NCBI RefSeq assembly: GCF_006345805.1
Contig: NC_043025.1
Coordinates: 3,348,001-3,412,000, forward strand
DNA: 64,000 nucleotides
Source of the DNA: Octopus sinensis
Taxonomy: Eukaryota
Reading direction: 5' to 3'
The stretch's first letter is position 1. Every line of letters begins with the position of its first letter. Below the pieces are notes generated by a model. The model did not search any database, was not told where the DNA came from, and saw only the letters and a program-made list of their open reading frames with translations. A program made the position numbers and the translations under genes. Below are positions 51,855 through 64,000 of the stretch, piece after piece.

Positions 51855-52110
51855 TGTAGGCACAGGTATGGCCCTGTGGCATAACGATTGCTTGTCACAG
51901 ACATGGATTCCTTAGTAGCACTGTGCGCCACCTGGGGTAAGCGACGTCTACTATAACCTTGGGTCGAATAAGCCCTGTGAGTAAATTTGCGACTGGAAAC
52001 TGTGTGGAGGTCCGTCGTATATATGCGTGTGTATTTGCTTTTGTGTTTATCCCCCAACACTCTTGTCAACAGGTCTTGGGTTGTTTACGTCGACGTAACT
52101 TAGCGGTTCT
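51855..52110 (+). mobile_element. SINE (same family as 381-794, diverged)
   Basis: ...CTACTATAACCTTGGGTCGAATAAGCCCTGTGAGTAAATTTGCGACTGGAAACTG...TTTACGTCGACGTAACTTAGCGGTTC. Confidence 0.6.
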
Positions 52111-52859
52111 TTATTAGAAACATCAGAACATTTCTACGTGAGTCCCATTGGTTGCATGCAACTTGCTGAGTTATCCTTATTTCTATTCTTCCTGAATCTT
52201 TCAAATTATAAGGGTTGTTTATGGACACCCTGTATATCCTTTATAATATCAGTCCATACACTCACAGGCTCAATGTTGTTGGAAATACTACTTGAAGGTT
52301 GTATATAATTCGAATTCTAGAAAACCTGCAAAGTCCCACGTATTGAACTAAAGTACCGTAAAGTACGTCAGTTATATATGAGATATATATTATTTCAGAG
52401 TACAAACTTACTCAAGAAACGCTGTTAAATTAAATCCATTTTACAATGTATAAAACTGCCACATGCCAGTTACCTTAATGAGAACAGAGATATGATACAG
52501 AACTAATTAATGTCTACAATCGTTTCATTAGCAGTCTTTCAAAGAACATTAAGTGATAAGGAAACCGCTACCGTTGCGGACATGATATAATATATATTCC
52601 GTCCCCATGGTTCTGGTTGCGATTCAAATCTGTTAATATTACAATTAGACACACATTGAAGGTCTTCTCATGAAGTTAAAATCATTAACATTTAAATAGT
52701 AGATATATGAAAGAGTAGTTAACTGAAGATACTGAAATACTGGTTAATATATGGACAACAATTGACACCAAATAAGTTGCCTAAAAATCAGTGAAACGTT
52801 ATACATATTCACTTGTCAGATAAATTCGTTAGATTGACAGAGAGAGGGAGAGAGGGGGA

Positions 52860-52901
52860 GGAAGTGATATTCGTTAGATAGATAAAAAGATAGATAGATA
52901 T

Positions 52902-52942
<41 letters not shown>

Positions 52943-53023
52943 GAGAGAGATAAACAGACAGACAGACAGACAGACAGGAAGACAGACAAATAGATAGATA
53001 GACAGGCAGACAGACAGACAGAC

Positions 53024-53086
<63 letters not shown>

Positions 53087-53300
53087 AAGATAGATAGATA
53101 TGCAGGCAGGCAGACAGACAGGTAGATAGATAGATGGATGGATAGATAGATAGATACATACATACATACATACGTACATATATTTATACATACATACATA
53201 CATACATACATACGTACATATATTTATACATACATACATACATACATACATACATACATACATACATACATACATACATACATACATACACACACACGCC
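52860..53300. repeat. Compound (GATA)n/(GACA)n/(TACA)n microsatellite; one of many such tracts in the window
   Basis: Directly visible. Confidence 0.95.
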
Positions 53301-53339
53301 AGTCTATATACTCTGGTTACTACTGCAAAGCAGGACATG

Positions 53340-55115
53340 AATGACATTGAGAAGGTAAACAAAACCGAAACAACAAAGGAAGTACCATCATGGGTTTTGA
53401 AGACAGAGAAGAACATAACTGCTTTACGGAAGACCAAAAGTCATGTAATGATGCTTATTGCGTGCAAACAAACAAATCCTTATGCGTCCCAGCAACAGAA
53501 AGTAAAAGAGATAGAAATGATGTTTGGAGACAGCAAAAAGAGAACTGATTATCCTGAAGCAAGAGCTAAAAGTTGTCAGTGAATTAACTTCGACATCAGA
53601 AGAGAATAACCGAGAGAAGAACAATAAAAATTCAACTGGAACCAGGCAGCAGTAGACAGACATGAGAGGAGGAGGAAGAGCAGTGAACATTACAGAAGCT
53701 CCTTCATTAGGAGACATAGACTCCTTGTTGAGGAAAATCTGGAGTGAAGAGAAGGAATTTAACCAAGATGTTCCATGGCTAGAAGAAATCCGAAAATGTC
53801 ATTGCTCCTGCATTACATCCAAGACATACAACATTGATGGTGAAACCCTTGCAACTGTGATCCAGAAACTCCAGGATGGAAAAGCATCTGGAAGAGACTA
53901 ACTCGCTGGATATTGGTACAAGAAGCTAACATTCTACCGACCATATCTTATCGAACTTTACCAGCAAACTCTCATTGGGAACGGTAGCATACCACCCTGG
54001 TTAGCTCTGACAGAGACAAAGTTGATCCCCAAATGCAGAACCATCAACATAGCAAACAAATCTACCGGCCAATTGCCTGCCAGAACTTAATGTATAAGAT
54101 ATATACAGCATGTTTAAAACTCTTCCTCCAGGACCAGTGTGAAACTAATGACATCCTCACTGCAGAACAAGCAACTGGGAAGAAGGGAGTTTGGGGCAAT
54201 GGCGAATAATTGTTAATCAACAAAGGTGTGATGTCAGGTGCGAGAACGTAGGAGGAACCTCGCTTCAATGTAGCTAGACTACAAGAAAGCCTTTGACTAT
54301 GTTCTCTACACATGGATGCTAGAAGTCCCTCAACTTGCTGAAGTTCCAGTGAGCATGGTCAAAACCATAGTTGACCTGACTTCATCGTAGACCACCATAT
54401 TGAAATTAAACGCAAAGAGTGACTGTATAATCACTGATAGAATACAATGTCGCAAAGGCTATTCGAAGGCAACAGCCTCTCTGTGATAGTGTTTATACTT
54501 TCTGTAAACCCTTTGTCATTCATGTTATTGAAGTCTAAAAGATATCTCACTGGTTCACACGGAAACAGAAACACCAAAATTACACACTGTTTCTTTGTGG
54601 ATGACATGAAACTTTATGCAAAGAATATGCAAGGGATAAAAAAAAAGAGGACGAAGAAATAAGGACCCACATTATGGTAGAAGCCATATCCACTCATAAT
54701 AAAAAGGAATACTGGTGGAATGTCCCATGCAGACCTCAATAAAGTGTAAGCACAACAGACAGGAAATATATAAAATAGTAAAGAAATATATAAGGATTTG
54801 GGATTGAGAAGAGAAACTGTGTACAGTTGTGGAAATCTGCTGCCCAGCGGATGTTAACATTAAGCTGAAGATCAGTGAAAAAGGGAATACCTACACTGAA
54901 CTATTGAGAAATCTGACGATACCCTATGCAGATTACAAGTTCAGGTTTGTACCTGTAATTACTAGCGCACTGGGATATGTAACACTACCTAAATACCAAT
55001 TTTGAGAAATTTGAGCTTGTCAATACCAGAAACGTAAAGCTAATTCAAAGATTACAGATCCAATTTCTCACTGGAACTGCAAAATTCGGTAAGACTTTCC
55101 AGAAGTTTATCATTT
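53340..55115 (+). mobile_element. Decayed R4/Dong-type LINE (N-term, RT, RLE, 3' end)
   Basis: ASGRD, YRPIACQNLMYK, LDYKKAFD, HCFFVDDMKLYA and VEICCPADVNIKLKI fragments with frameshifts. Confidence 0.75.
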
Positions 55116-56428
55116 AAATATATTTGAGCGTGTCTATATATGCAACTATACGCATGAGAAAACGTACACAATGTAAAACAAGAATTTTCACATATACATA
55201 CATACAAAACATACAAGTATGTATATACACACCAGTTCTATATTTATACTCTTTATTATTAATGTATATATGTGTGTGTGTGTATGTGCGTGTGCGTGAG
55301 TGTGTGCGTCTATGTATGCGTATATATATATATAACGGTAAGCTTTATGAAAATATACAAAAGACGAAGACAAGTTTACGGATATAAACAAAAGACGAAG
55401 GCAGGTGGAATACAAACAAACAATTGTATTAGTATGGCGCTCAGGAAATATAAATGAAACAAGTCTTTAACGTTTCGAGCCTACGCTCTTCAACAGAAAG
55501 ATACACAGAAAAGAAACACAGAAAGAAGGAGAGAAAAAAATGCGCGAAGAAGCTAGCGAATCAACATGGCGATGTGATTTCGGCCAGAAGTCAAAGATCA
55601 AACATGAGACGCAATATATATATATGCGTGTTTATGTGTGTGTGTACATGTGTATTTATAATTGAAATAAGAGATCTAAAGATTCTCGTTAAAGAAAATC
55701 CTTTGTTGCGCTCAAATGATTCGAACTTAGACTCCGACACCTTTACCAGTTGGTTGGGTAATGTGTGACTGTAAGAGGAATCCAGGTGATCAGATACAGA
55801 AGCAGTTGTGTGGGTAAACAAATTAAATACAGCAGCTTGGGCTTGATATACAAAATATATGGTATATTTATATATGTAAAGAGAAAGAAAGTAAAGACTG
55901 AAGATTTTTAGACGATGAATATTTGAGCATAAATATATAAATATTTATATGTTAATAGATCAAACTTACACTGCGTACAGACGACAGAGAAAATTAAAGG
56001 GGAGGAGGCAAGGTGTTACAAATCCAACATCCGTTTCTGGGGCTCAGAAATCCGTCATAATATTTGTAGTTGTAGCTCATCAGAATATGTGGCCAGTAAT
56101 GGAATCAAATAAACGTTGGGTAAGTTGACCCTTCCTCGTCAGGGTAGAAGCAAGATCTTACATTTCAGATCGTGATGCAGAGAAGTTTAAAGGGGGGGGG
56201 GGTTAAATGTGTAGAGCAAGCAGTTTTGGAGAGGGAGAAGTAGAAGTCTCGGTGGAGAGTGGGATTGTTGAGGCAGAGAAGGATGAGAGGATAAGGGAGT
56301 TGGGTGGTGAGTGGGAGGGGTGAAATGGCTAGTAATTGAAGGGTAGTTAGTTGTTAGGTTTGTGAATAGATGTCAAAATTTAGGGATATTGGTTATAGAA
56401 CAATGGGAAGTTGAGACAATGTGAAAGA

Positions 56429-58084
56429 TGTTGTGATCCTTAATGTCGGATTGTTATATCACTCTCTTCGCTATAACAGTATAGTTGTTAGACCAGTAAT
56501 GACACGGCTATCTAAAACTGCCTACTTCGTACTCTGTCCCTCTCTATCTTTCTCTCTTTATATACTAACCGACGTCACCTTATTTATAGTGACTCACATA
56601 TTACACGTGACGTGGGAGGGGTCTACCATTATTATTTCTATCCCAACAACATTTCCCCTTTTACGACTTTCTTTTTTTCTTATGGAGTGTCATTTTATTT
56701 CTTTTAATTGCAATACTCTTTATATCACCCCACTTCTCATTTTTGAGGGGTATTTTTTCTTAGTCACATATTTAATATTTTTTTCCGTTTGGTATCCACT
56801 TCCAGGAACCATGTACATCTTCTTTTTCTTACGCTTGTGCGCCTGGGTTCAATCACCTGTAGTGGTGTTGGTACTTGAAAAGTATCATATAGCCATTCTA
56901 TTGGTTCTTCCATTCTCTTGGTTTCGTTCTCAACGAATCTTTATTTTCTTCAGTTGGTTCATGTATCTCTTGTATACGCCTTTTCTACTTTTTACCAACT
57001 ATAGCATTTTCCTATGCATTTGGTGATCGCACCATCTTCCCAACTCTGTTTTTCATTCTTATATGCCTTCATAAATACCTTTTCACTAAGTTTGAAAAAT
57101 CTTACTGTATTTTCCCTTGTAATTTTTCTTTTCCTGCCCGGTGGCAATTGTCGAAGACTGGTTTTATTTTCCTCGCAAACTTCAACTCTGCTGGTGGTAT
57201 ACCTGTTGGTGTATTTGGATTTGGTGTCACACGGTATGCTCTTCAGTATTATTGTAGAGCTACCACGCCCGTGACCTCCTTATTCGTCTTTCTCTTGAAC
57301 GTATCGACAGAGCGTTCTGCTTGTCCGTTAGATCTCAGATGGTACAACACAATAGTTACATCCTCTACTGCGACTATTTCACAAATCTTTTTATATTCAA
57401 GAGACAAAATTGTGTTCCGTTGTTAGACACCATCGCCTCTGTCATGCCAACCTCGCAAACACTTAAAGAGAAAAAAAATTGTCGCATTTGAGGTAGTTGG
57501 GTTTTTACACTTTCAAATGTCAGACCATCTAGAGAAACTATCAACTACCACTGAGTAGTATGAACCGTTTATAGGACCAGTAAAATCGCAACATAATCTG
57601 GCGAGAACATTTTTTCCAGCATTTGCTGATGAGTTACTATTCATTAATTACAGCATTTGTTGCTGTAATATTAATTATTGTTGTTTTTGTAGCGTCTGAT
57701 GTTGTTCTTGCAATTGCATCTGCTGCTGCTGTTGTTCTTTCCGTTGCTGCTGTTGCTGTTTTTGCAACTCGAGCGAATTGGCCACCAAATTTTCCGTAAT
57801 TCTGCGATTTTTTTCCCGTAAAATTCGCACAAAAGAAAAACTTTTGTTTGATAATTCCTCGTGATTTTGTTCATTTCTCGTCGCATCTGTTATAATCCTT
57901 AATGTCAGATTCTTAACGCCCTCTTCGGTATAGCAGTATAGTTTTTAGACCAGTAGAAACACGACTAAAACCGTCTACTTCGTACTTTCTTTCTATACTA
58001 ACCGACATCACCTTATTTATAGCGACTTCCCACACCACTCGTCACGTGGGATGGATGTGGCATTATTACTATTATTCCCACAAC
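56429..58084 (-). mobile_element. Internally deleted Ty3/gypsy LTR retrotransposon (LTRs 57888-58084 and 56429-56651)
   Basis: Two diverged direct repeats of ~200-220 bp; PBS-like GCGACGAG after the 5' LTR; PPT AAAAGGGGAAA before the 3' LTR TG; integrase motifs DFTGPING..VVDSFSRW, GQAERSVDTFKR, YRVTPN. Confidence 0.85.
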
Positions 58085-58199
58085 TAAAGGGAAGGGCAAC
58101 TATTAAAGAGAGGGAAAGGTCAAATTTATAGATTCTGATGGTGTGGCTAAGGGTCAATTCGACAAAAAGAAGTTAGTTGGCGGAGGAGGGAAATTACTA

Positions 58200-59330
58200 A
58201 GGTAAGTAGAAAGGTATGAGAGAAGATAGAGGGTAGTGGACAGAGTAAGTGAGGGGTAATTTGGTAGTTAAGACAGCAGCAGTTATTGCTAGAGGCTTTA
58301 GGTTGAAGAGGGGGATCAAGTAATGTAGGTGGGTTGTCGGTGAAGGAGAGTACTGAGGTATGTAGAAGTGTATGAGAGTAAAGGAGGGAAGAGGAGTAGA
58401 TAGACTGGTACCGAGAGCAGTGAAGTAGTTGTGGGTGATTTGGGTTGTAGAGAGATGGAGAAAAGGGGAAGAATACAAGGTGTGAGGATGGGGTGACTGT
58501 AAGGGGGTACGATGTACAGGGTGAAACGAATGTGCAAAGGTAATCATAAAAAGGAATAATTCCGTAGAAAAAGTTGTATTAATGCAAGGGATAAGTTGCT
58601 AGTGAAACCTAGTTGCATCTTACGGTCAATAGTAATCCGATTACATAGATTTAACAAAATGGGAAAATGATGAGTGAACCTGTGTTTGCAAGAGAGTATT
58701 ACATCTGGGAATCTATTAAATAATGAGGGGTTGTGGTTGCGAAGGATGCTTAGCGATTCCCTTAAACACAACTTACAAAAGCCGAGATTAGTGTCGTATG
58801 GGGAACCTCTCTTACGATGGACCAGAGTAAGGTATGGGGAATATTTCGATATTTGAGTTTGTGCATATAAGTTGCTAAGGAGGCATATCATTTAGAATTA
58901 GATTAGAGAAAGCAAGTTCGTGCGTGCTCGATGGTGGTGCCTGAAATCAACGGTGCTGCCTATGTAGACCGTTTTTTTGGTGGGAGCGTGGTGTTACTAC
59001 TCGGCATTTGTAGATTATATTTTTGCATAGTCAAGAACCTTAAGAGGGTAAAGTTGAGACACCCAGAAATTGCAGGTTTTTCTGCCTCACCTACGGTTGC
59101 AATCTATCGACGGGAAGGTCAGGTTCGTAAGATATGTTATCAACAAAGCGGAACTGGGGGTATAATCAGTACCAGTATTGGATTGGGAAGGGATATCATC
59201 ACTGCTATATGTAGTCATATGGGTAGTATTGTAGAGCGAGGCATTACAGTGGGGAGGCGTGTTGTGACGGTAATGTTACTAAGTGTTGTATTATTGCATC
59301 TAATTGGATTGGGTTGGGGTCAGTAGTAAA
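58200..59330 (-). mobile_element. Decayed PLE GIY-YIG + 3' region
   Basis: KNIIYKCRV...KTVYIGSTVDFR; PYDTNLGFCKLCLRESLSIL...LFNR...SCKH; pyrimidine-rich 3' region. Confidence 0.8.
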
Positions 59331-59793
59331 GATTGTAGGGTTTAAAGACAGGTTTGAAGTGTGTGTCAGTTAGATGAGGGTAATTATGGATCCTAAATTG
59401 GGCATGGGGGAGATGGAGATTTTAATAGATGATTTGCCAAAATACAGAAGAAACGAATGACAATAATGACGAGGAAATTGGATACAAGAAAGAAAAAAGG
59501 GAAGGGTAGAAGAAGAGGAAGAAGAAGTATGAGGATGGACATGATGATGATGATGATGCTACTGAATATGATTATAAGAAAAAGAAAAACAACAGGCTGA
59601 GATGAAGATAATCATAAAGGAAAAAGATGTCAATAGTTAGTTGTTAATGATGAAGATGACTAGGATTATGAAACTGATGAGGATGGATATTGTGTAGATG
59701 AAAAGATGAGGAGAGGAGCAGAGGGAGAAGACGATGGTGATGATGATGACAAAGACAGGGGCAACGACGACAGTGACGACGACAGTAATGAAC

Positions 59794-59841
<48 letters not shown>

Positions 59842-59855
59842 GTGATGGTGATGTG

Positions 59856-59899
<44 letters not shown>

Positions 59900-60003
59900 G
59901 TGATGATGAGTACGACATCATGATATTGAAGGCGATGATGATGACGATGATAGATAGATGGAGATTATAGAATTAATAGCCCCTGTGGCTAATAAAGAAA
60001 GGA

Positions 60004-61987
60004 TTATTATTATTATATTATTATTATTCAGTAGTTTTATTTTTATAGCGTGCTTTCACTTCACTACCGAGCGCAGCTCTGTGTGCCTTGGGTATGTGCT
60101 GTGATTTGTTGTGATGCTCTGATGGTTATTGTATGGAAAGTGTTCTGCGTAGGATGTGTGCAGTGCCTAGTAGTGCAATTTTCTGTATGTTATATGTGTT
60201 TGTAAGTCCTGGTGTTTTTGTTATGTATTTGTCTGAATATTTTTTTTATCATGCCTAATGCACCTACTATGATAGGAATTGTTTCTGTTTTCAGATTCCA
60301 CATTCTAGTTACCTCTATTTCCAGGTCTTTGTATTTTGAAAGTTTCTCCATTTCTTTTAGAGACACGTTGTCATCTGCCGGTATTGATACATCAATTAGA
60401 AAGCATTTTTTTTCTTCATGATCTCTGACAACTATATCTGGTCTGTTGGCCTTAATTTCTCTATCTGTGTGTATCGGCATATCCCAGAGTATGGTTGCTT
60501 CTCGTTTTCTGTGACCTTTTCTGGTGTGTGCCTATACCATCTTTTTTCTGTTGTTATTCCATAATGTTGGCATAGCTTCCAATGTATGTAGGTTCCAACT
60601 GTGTCATGTCTGTGAATATATTCCTTCTTAGCCAAGACTGGGCAGCTAGAGATAATATGATTTATTGTTTATTGTCCATCTCCACATATCTGCAGTTACT
60701 TGTAATATTTCTTTTCGTTACATGTTTTTGGTAATTTCTGGTGGGGAGGCTTTGTCTTGTGATGCAATTAAAACCCTCTGTTCCTGCTTTGAGTCCTGAG
60801 CTTCTCAACCATTGCTGGGATTTTTTCTTTGTTTTTTTTTGCGTTTAGTTTAGTCCAGTATTTACCATGAAGGGGCTTTTCTTGCCATCATTTTATCATG
60901 GTTCGTTTCTGTTCTATTTTTAGTTTGGATTTCATTTGTTTTATAGCTTTTGTTGTTTCTTCATCTTCTTCTTCATGTTTATTAGGTGGTATGATTTCTT
61001 GTTTGTATTTGTCAGCTTCCTTAAATACTGAGAACATTTTTTTGTTTTGCTCGTGTTTTGCCGCTATCTGGATCAGTTTTCCTTCCTTCTGAAGTAGATA
61101 TTTTTGCAGTCCTATGGTGGTTATTTTATAGTAGTTTTCCAGCTGTATAAGGCCTATCCACCTTCTATACGTTGTATATATAGTCTTTCTATGTCAGATT
61201 TTGGGTGATGCATCCTAGATCCTGTCATTATTTTTCTTGTTTTCCGATCTATTTTGGTCAGTTCATTTCGTGTCCAGTTAAGGATATTGTAGCTGTAACT
61301 TATAACTGGGACAGCTAAAGTGTTGATACCTATTATCTTGTTTTTAGCATTGAGCTCTGTGTTTAGTATTGATCTAACTCGTCTATAATATTCTTTTTTT
61401 ATTTTCTCTTTCATTGTGTGTGTTGTGTCTTATCTAGTTCATGGATTCCTAAGTATTTGTAAGTTTGGCTTTGGTCTAATTCTTTTATTTCATTGGTTTT
61501 ATCTAGTGTGATGTTGTTACTCTTAACTAGTTTTCCTCTTTTCAGGGTTACTTTGGCGCATTTTTATAATCCAATTTCATATCTATTTCTTTGGTAAATC
61601 CATGAACTGTCTTTAATAGTGTTTCCAGCTGTTTGTCATTTGCAGCGTATAGTTTTAGGTCATCCATATATAAAAGGTGGCTGATCGTTTTGCCGTGACA
61701 TTTATATCCGCATCCAGTTCTATTTAGCATATCAGATAGAGGTGACAGTGCCAAGCAGAAAAGGAGTGGAGAGAGCGTGTCTCCCTGGAATATTCCTCTT
61801 CTAATGGGGATGTCTTTGGTTTTCATGTGTCCCTCTTTGTTTGGAGGTGTAGGACTGTTTGCCATTATTCATAGAGTGCTCTATGAATTTTATGATTGTT
61901 GGTGCTACTTTGTTAATGCTAGTGTTTCGAGGATCCATGTGTGGGGGATGCTATCAAACGCCTTTTTTGTAGTCAATCCAGGCCATA
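60004..61987 (-). mobile_element. R4/Dong-type LINE 3' portion (RT C-half + RLE + (TAA)n tail)
   Basis: GIFQGDTLSPLLF, HLLYMDDLKLYA, RHDTVGTYIHWKLC, RPDIVV...LIDVSIP...EKLSKY, IPIIVGALG. Confidence 0.9.
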
Positions 61988-62087
61988 NNNNNNNNNNNNN
62001 NNNNNNNNNNNNNNNNNNNNNNNNNNNNNNNNNNNNNNNNNNNNNNNNNNNNNNNNNNNNNNNNNNNNNNNNNNNNNNNNNNNNNNN
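61988..62087. other. Scaffold gap (100 N)
   Basis: Run of exactly 100 N. Confidence 1.
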
Positions 62088-64000
62088 TATGGCCTGGATT
62101 GACTACAAAAAAGGCGTTTGATAGCATCCCCCACACATGGATCCTCGAAACACTAGCATTAACAAAGTAGCACCAACAATCATAAAATTCATAGAGCACT
62201 CTATGAATAATGGCAAACAGTCCTACACCTCCAAACAAAGAGGGACACATGAAAACCAAAGACATCCCCATTAGAAGAGGAATATTCCAGGGAGACACGC
62301 TCTCTCCACTCCTTTTCTGCTTGGCACTGTCACCTCTATCTGATATGCTAAATAGAACTGGATGCGGATATAAATGTCACGGCAAAACGATCAGCCACCT
62401 TTTATATATGGATGACCTAAAACTATACGCTGCAAATGACAAACAGCTGGAAACACTATTAAAGACAGTTCATGGATTTACCAAAGAAATAGATATGAAA
62501 TTGGATTATAAAAATGCGCCAAAGTAACCCTGAAAAGAGGAAAACTAGTTAAGAGTAACAACATCACACTAGATAAAACCAATGAAATAAAAGAATTAGA
62601 CCAAAGCCAAACTTACAAATACTTAGGAATCCATGAACTAGATAAGACACAACACACACAATGAAAGAGAAAATAAAAAAAGAATATTATAGACGAGTTA
62701 GATCAATACTAAACACAGAGCTCAATGCTAAAAACAAGATAATAGGTATCAACACTTTAGCTGTCCCAGTTATAAGTTACAGCTACAATATCCTTAACTG
62801 GACACGAAATGAACTGACCAAAATAGATCGGAAAACAAGAAAAATAATGACAGGATCTAGGATGCATCACCCAAAATCTGACATAGAAAGACTATATATA
62901 CAACGTATAGAAGGTGGATAGGCCTTATACAGCTGGAAAACTACTATAAAATAACCACCATAGGACTGCAAAAATATCTACTTCAGAAGGAAGGAAAACT
63001 GATCCAGATAGCGGCAAAACACGAGCAAAACAAAAAAATGTTCTCAGTATTTAAGGAAGCTGACAAATACAAACAAGAAATCATACCACCTAATAAACAT
63101 GAAGAAGAAGATGAAGAAACAACAAAAGCTATAAAACAAATGAAATCCAAACTAAAAATAGAACAGAAACGAACCATGATAAAATGATGGCAAGAAAAGC
63201 CCCTTCATGGTAAATACTGGACTAAACTAAACGCAAAAAAAAACAAAGAAAAAATCCCAGCAATGGTTGAGAAGCTCAGGACTCAAAGCAGGAACAGAGG
63301 GTTTTAATTGCATCACAAGACAAAGCCTCCCCACCAGAAATTACCAAAAACATGTAACGAAAAGAAATATTACAAGTAACTGCAGATATGTGGAGATGGA
63401 CAATAAACAATAAATCATATTATCTCTAGCTGCCCAGTCTTGGCTAAGAAGGAATATATTCACAGACATGACACAGTTGGAACCTACATACATTGGAAGC
63501 TATGCCAACATTATGGAATAACAACAGAAAAAAGATGGTATAGGCACACACCAGAAAAGGTCACAGAAAACGAGAAGCAACCATACTCTGGGATATGCCG
63601 ATACACACAGATAGAGAAATTAAGGCCAACAGACCAGATATAGTTGTCAGAGATCATGAAGAAAAAAAATGCTTTCTAATTGATGTATCAATACCGGCAG
63701 ATGACAACGTGTCTCTAAAAGAAATGGAGAAACTTTCAAAATACAAAGACCTGGAAATAGAGGTAACTAGAATGTGGAATCTGAAAACAGAAACAATTCC
63801 TATCATAGTAGGTGCATTAGGCATGATAAAAAAAATATTCAGACAAATACATAACAAAAACACCAGGACTTACAAACACATATAACATACAGAAAATTGC
63901 ACTACTAGGCACTGCACACATCCTACGCAGAACACTTTCCATACAATAACCATCAGAGCATCACAACAAATCACAGCACATACCCAAGGCACACAGAGCT
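62088..64000 (+). mobile_element. Inverted duplicate of the R4/Dong LINE at 60075-61987
   Basis: Mirror ORFs are identical in the ORF track; 61987 pairs with 62088 and 60075 with 64000. Confidence 0.9.

Noticed and set aside
55462-55500. Hammerhead-like UUGAAGAGCGUAGGCUCGAAACGUU on the minus strand
   Set aside because: Core and stem II cannot both be satisfied and stem I is weak; at best a decayed PLE tail.
55970-56110. Strong minus-strand GTAAGT donor and CTGATGAG...GAAAC string
   Set aside because: Upstream frame is not LRR-like and hits a stop; no convincing stem II; probably a PLE tail.
56421-57026. 201-aa hydrophobic ORF that looks like a membrane protein
   Set aside because: Antisense to the gypsy LTR/3' region; hydrophobicity comes from T-rich sequence; no GPCR motifs; wrong strand for the host gene.

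Overview
Repeat-rich eukaryotic genomic DNA; no prokaryotic features. The SINE families, microsatellite load and gene type suggest a coleoid cephalopod, probably Octopus (inference). One host gene crosses the window on the minus strand. I assembled 12 GT-AG exons by hand (51497 down to 8621) with consistent splice phases. They encode part of an adhesion-GPCR-like ectodomain: LRR, LRRCT, a 12-Cys Ly6/uPAR-like (three-finger) module, a SEA-like segment, a hormone-receptor (HRM) domain and the start of a GAIN domain. The GPS/7TM exons and the N-terminus were not found in the window. The introns hold decayed mobile elements: Penelope-like elements (PLEs), CR1-type, Tx1-type, R4/Dong-type and Hero/NeSL-type LINEs, Ty3/gypsy, mariner, Chapaev3-like, Helitron/Helentron-like and SINE copies. 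The most notable structure is a non-coding ~482-bp tandem array (26051-28805, five full units plus one partial). It carries one type I hammerhead-ribozyme motif per unit, on the same strand as the host pre-mRNA, resembling a non-LTR retrozyme. Several PLE-type fold-back structures also carry hammerhead motifs. Other observations: a probable staggered-break inversion splitting a mariner, a 40-nt locally templated insertion in a LINE ORF, and a perfect palindrome around a 100-N gap that is probably an assembly artefact. All family and domain names come from manual motif recognition, not database searches, and most repeat boundaries are approximate.
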